This document shows, piece by piece, positions 61,361 through 64,000 of a DNA stretch of 64,000 bases. Every line of letters starts with the position of its first letter. Positions within the stretch are counted from its first letter, which is position 1. The position numbers and the translations under genes were made by a program. The stretch comes from Anaeramoeba ignava BMAN. Its lineage: Eukaryota; Protista; Anaeramoebae. The stretch is taken from NCBI GenBank assembly GCA_028826165.1, contig JAPDFW010000125.1, positions 124,001-188,000 on the forward strand, read 5' to 3'. The notes beneath the pieces were generated by a model, which was not told the DNA's origin, did not search any database, and worked only from the letters and a program-made list of their open reading frames with translations.

Positions 61361-63130
61361 TTAATTATTAAATTTGTTAATTAATAAATCAAATAAATTT
61401 GGATTTGTTTGATTTAATTGAAAATAATCAATTCCAATTTGAAGTTCATCAATTATTTCTTGTGTAATTTCAATTCCATTTTTAATTTGATTTGAATAAA
61501 TCCAATATTCTAATATTTGAAATGATTTATTACTTAATTCACTATAATCTGTAACTTTATTTGATTTATCTTCTGTTACAGATAAAAACATTCCTCGATA
61601 TAATTCACTTCTCATTATTAATATTAATTTAGGAAATTTATATTTCTTTTCTTTTCTTTCAATAATAAAATCTTTTTCATTTTCATTTTCATTTTCATTT
61701 TCATTTAAATAAATTCTTTTCATTGTTTCTTCTATTTTTTCATTGGAATTTATAATTTCTTTAATTTCAGAATATAATTTTGGATTTATTATTCTGTTTG
61801 AATAAATCATTTCAAATATTTGATTTGATTCTTTAATTGATTTTTTTGAAATAATTTCTTGAAGTTTTTCAATTTGATTTTGATATTGATTTAATCTATA
61901 TTTTAATATTAATTTATGAGCTTCGATTATTTCTCCATTTTCGGTTTTAAATGAAATATCACAAAATTCTTTTCTTCTAAATAATTTTATCAAATCTTCT
62001 TCAAGATTGGAAAAAGAAGAAGAATAATAAAGAAATGATCTATTATTTCCACAAGAAATATGATAATTAGAAATATTTTCATTAAATCTTAATTTAGGAA
62101 GTTCAATTTGAATTGGAATATCTTCTTCTCCTGTATCTTCATTTCCTAATTCACTAAAATAATTATATCCAAATCCAATTAATTTCTCTTTTTTAGTTAA
62201 AATCAAAGTATGAGCATATCCAACAGAAAAATCAAGAATATTATCATCATTTTCAAATAAAGATGATTTGATTTCAGTAAATTCATAAGTATGTTTTTTT
62301 TTTCCAAGTCCATTCCAACGATAATTTCCACATGAATAAAGTTTTCTTTTTGGATTTTGATTTTCATTTTCAATCAGCATTATTGAATGATATTCTCCAG
62401 ATTGAATATCAATTATTTTACCTTTTGGAATATTTTGAATTTTGGTTAATTTATCGATTGTTTCTTCTTCTTTTCTTGATTCTCCTAATCCAAGTTGGCC
62501 ATATTTGTTATATCCGCATACAAATAATTCTTGATTTGAATTTAGAAGAAAAACACTTTTTGAAGAAATTCCTGAAAATATTTTAAAAACATTTTTCATC
62601 ATTAAAATTGGTTTTTCTGTTCCAAATGTTTCAGAATCAAAACCAAGTTGATCATTATAATTATCACCAATTCCATAAGCATTTTGATTTGAAGTTAATA
62701 AGTAAATTGAACGAGATCCAGAAACAATATCTTGAATTATTCTATCATTTGTATCTTCAATTAATGATGAAATATTGATAAATTCTTTTAGATTTTTTGA
62801 ATTAATATATTCTCCTTTGGCAAATACATTTCCTTCTATTGTTAAAATAGCTTCATTTTGATCACAAACAGTTACTTTTTGAATATTTTCTTCAATTTGG
62901 ATTTTTGAAGGATTTTGTTTTGAATCATTTTCATTTAAATATTCTATTGCTTTTCCATTTTCAAAAAGGAAAATTGCTGAAAAATTTGATGATGAAATTT
63001 GTTTAATTTGTTTAATTTCATTTTCATTTTCATTTTCAAATTTAAATTGAATTGGTTTTTTTATTATTTTTCGTTCATTTTTGATAAGAATTGGATATTT
63101 ATTTAAACCAAAAAATATACAATCATTCAT
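61361..63130 (-). CDS. RCC1-propeller tandem-BTB protein copy D
   Basis: Same architecture as copy B; intact 589-aa ORF. Confidence 0.9.
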   Translation of the reverse strand: MNDCIFFGLNKYPILIKNERKIIKKPIQFKFENENENEIKQIKQISSSNFSAIFLFENGKAIEYLNENDSKQNPSKIQIEENIQKVTVCDQNEAILTIEGNVFAKGEYINSKNLKEFINISSLIEDTNDRIIQDIVSGSRSIYLLTSNQNAYGIGDNYNDQLGFDSETFGTEKPILMMKNVFKIFSGISSKSVFLLNSNQELFVCGYNKYGQLGLGESRKEEETIDKLTKIQNIPKGKIIDIQSGEYHSIMLIENENQNPKRKLYSCGNYRWNGLGKKKHTYEFTEIKSSLFENDDNILDFSVGYAHTLILTKKEKLIGFGYNYFSELGNEDTGEEDIPIQIELPKLRFNENISNYHISCGNNRSFLYYSSSFSNLEEDLIKLFRRKEFCDISFKTENGEIIEAHKLILKYRLNQYQNQIEKLQEIISKKSIKESNQIFEMIYSNRIINPKLYSEIKEIINSNEKIEETMKRIYLNENENENENEKDFIIERKEKKYKFPKLILIMRSELYRGMFLSVTEDKSNKVTDYSELSNKSFQILEYWIYSNQIKNGIEITQEIIDELQIGIDYFQLNQTNPNLFDLLINKFNN

Positions 63131-63267
63131 TTTCGAAAAGAAAAAAATGAAAAATGAAAAATGAAAAATGAAAAAAAAGCAACAAAAAAAAATGTCAAAA
63201 CAAATTTTTCATTTTTTTTTTAAAAAAAAGAATAAGAATTAAAAAAAAGAAATTAATCCAATTAACA

Positions 63268-63846
63268 ATGAATCAAATCAAATGTATTATTATTGGTGAT
63301 ACAACTGTTGGAAAAACGAGTCTTGCAATGACATTTTCAAAGAATGAATTTCCAAAAGAAACAATACCATCAGTATATGAAAATTTTACAAAAGATTTCT
63401 CAGATGGACCAACAATAAATTTAGCAATATGGGATACACATTGTGATCCTGATTATGATAAACTTCGCCAACTCTCTTATTCACAAACTGATGTTTTTAT
63501 GATTTGCTTTTCTTTAGTTTCAGAAGAATCTTTTGTTCATGTCAAAACTAAATGGGTTCCAGAAGTTCGAAAACTACAACCATCAGCACAAATTCTTCTT
63601 GTTGGTACAAAAATGGATTTGAGAAATGATCCACAAACTATTAAAAAACTTGAAGATGTTGGTTTATCTCCTATTACTCAACAATCAGCTATGGATCTTG
63701 CTTATGAATTGGGTTCTCTTAAATATGTTGAATGTTCTGCTTTCACTCAAAAAGATTTATCATTTGTTTTTGAAGAAGCTATTCGTGCAGTTGTCCCATT
63801 ATTTTATGTTCGAAATAGTGATAAATCCAAATGTTTTATTTTATGA
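63268..63846 (+). CDS. Atypical Rho/Rac-family GTPase
   Basis: IKCIIIGDTTVGKT, LRQLSYSQTDVF, VGTKMDLR, Rho insert, YVECSA, CaaX CFIL. Confidence 0.9.
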   Translation: MNQIKCIIIGDTTVGKTSLAMTFSKNEFPKETIPSVYENFTKDFSDGPTINLAIWDTHCDPDYDKLRQLSYSQTDVFMICFSLVSEESFVHVKTKWVPEVRKLQPSAQILLVGTKMDLRNDPQTIKKLEDVGLSPITQQSAMDLAYELGSLKYVECSAFTQKDLSFVFEEAIRAVVPLFYVRNSDKSKCFIL

Positions 63847-64000
63847 TTTCTTTTTTTTTACTCTCTTTTTTTTTTCAAATTCAAAGAAAAAAATCTTTCA
63901 AAATTAAATTGGAATTATTTTTTTTAATTATAATTTTAATTTTAATTTTAATTTTAATTTTAATTTTAATTTTAATTTTAATTTTAATTTTAATATTAAT

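Noticed and set aside
1-64000. tRNA, rRNA, transposase or U12-type introns
   Set aside because: None recognised by eye; all inferred introns are GT-AG without a U12 donor consensus. Small RNAs cannot be excluded without a covariance-model search.

Overview
AT-rich eukaryotic (protist) DNA with about 26 tightly packed genes, the standard genetic code and canonical GT-AG introns. Many introns are almost entirely simple tandem repeats, up to 2.4 kb long. Sam50, poly-EN tracts, an Inr-like TCATTT promoter motif and expanded ankyrin-BTB/RCC1-BTB families suggest a metamonad-like protist such as Anaeramoeba (inference only). Genes in order: ankyrin-DH-PH RhoGEF (3' end off-window), bacterial-type adenine deaminase with a signal peptide, TSET subunit TCUP/TML, Sam50, a Cys-rich membrane protein, a Rab, SIN1, RSL1D1, TMEM214, an unknown EN-rich protein, an SLC43-like MFS transporter, two tandem metallothioneins, Trm3/TARBP1, Vps36, an ACC-synthase-like enzyme, MTHFR, two ankyrin-BTB genes, four tandem RCC1-BTB genes and an atypical Rho GTPase. 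Best candidates for new biology: (1) the metallothionein pair, each with an upstream array of a conserved 72-bp element (2 vs 5 copies); (2) RCC1-BTB paralogs with hypervariable loops on a constant BTB tail; (3) a laterally acquired adenine deaminase apparently retargeted to the secretory pathway; (4) satellite-filled, AG-depleted introns, with one exception in Vps36. Exon boundaries were read by hand and need RNA-seq confirmation.
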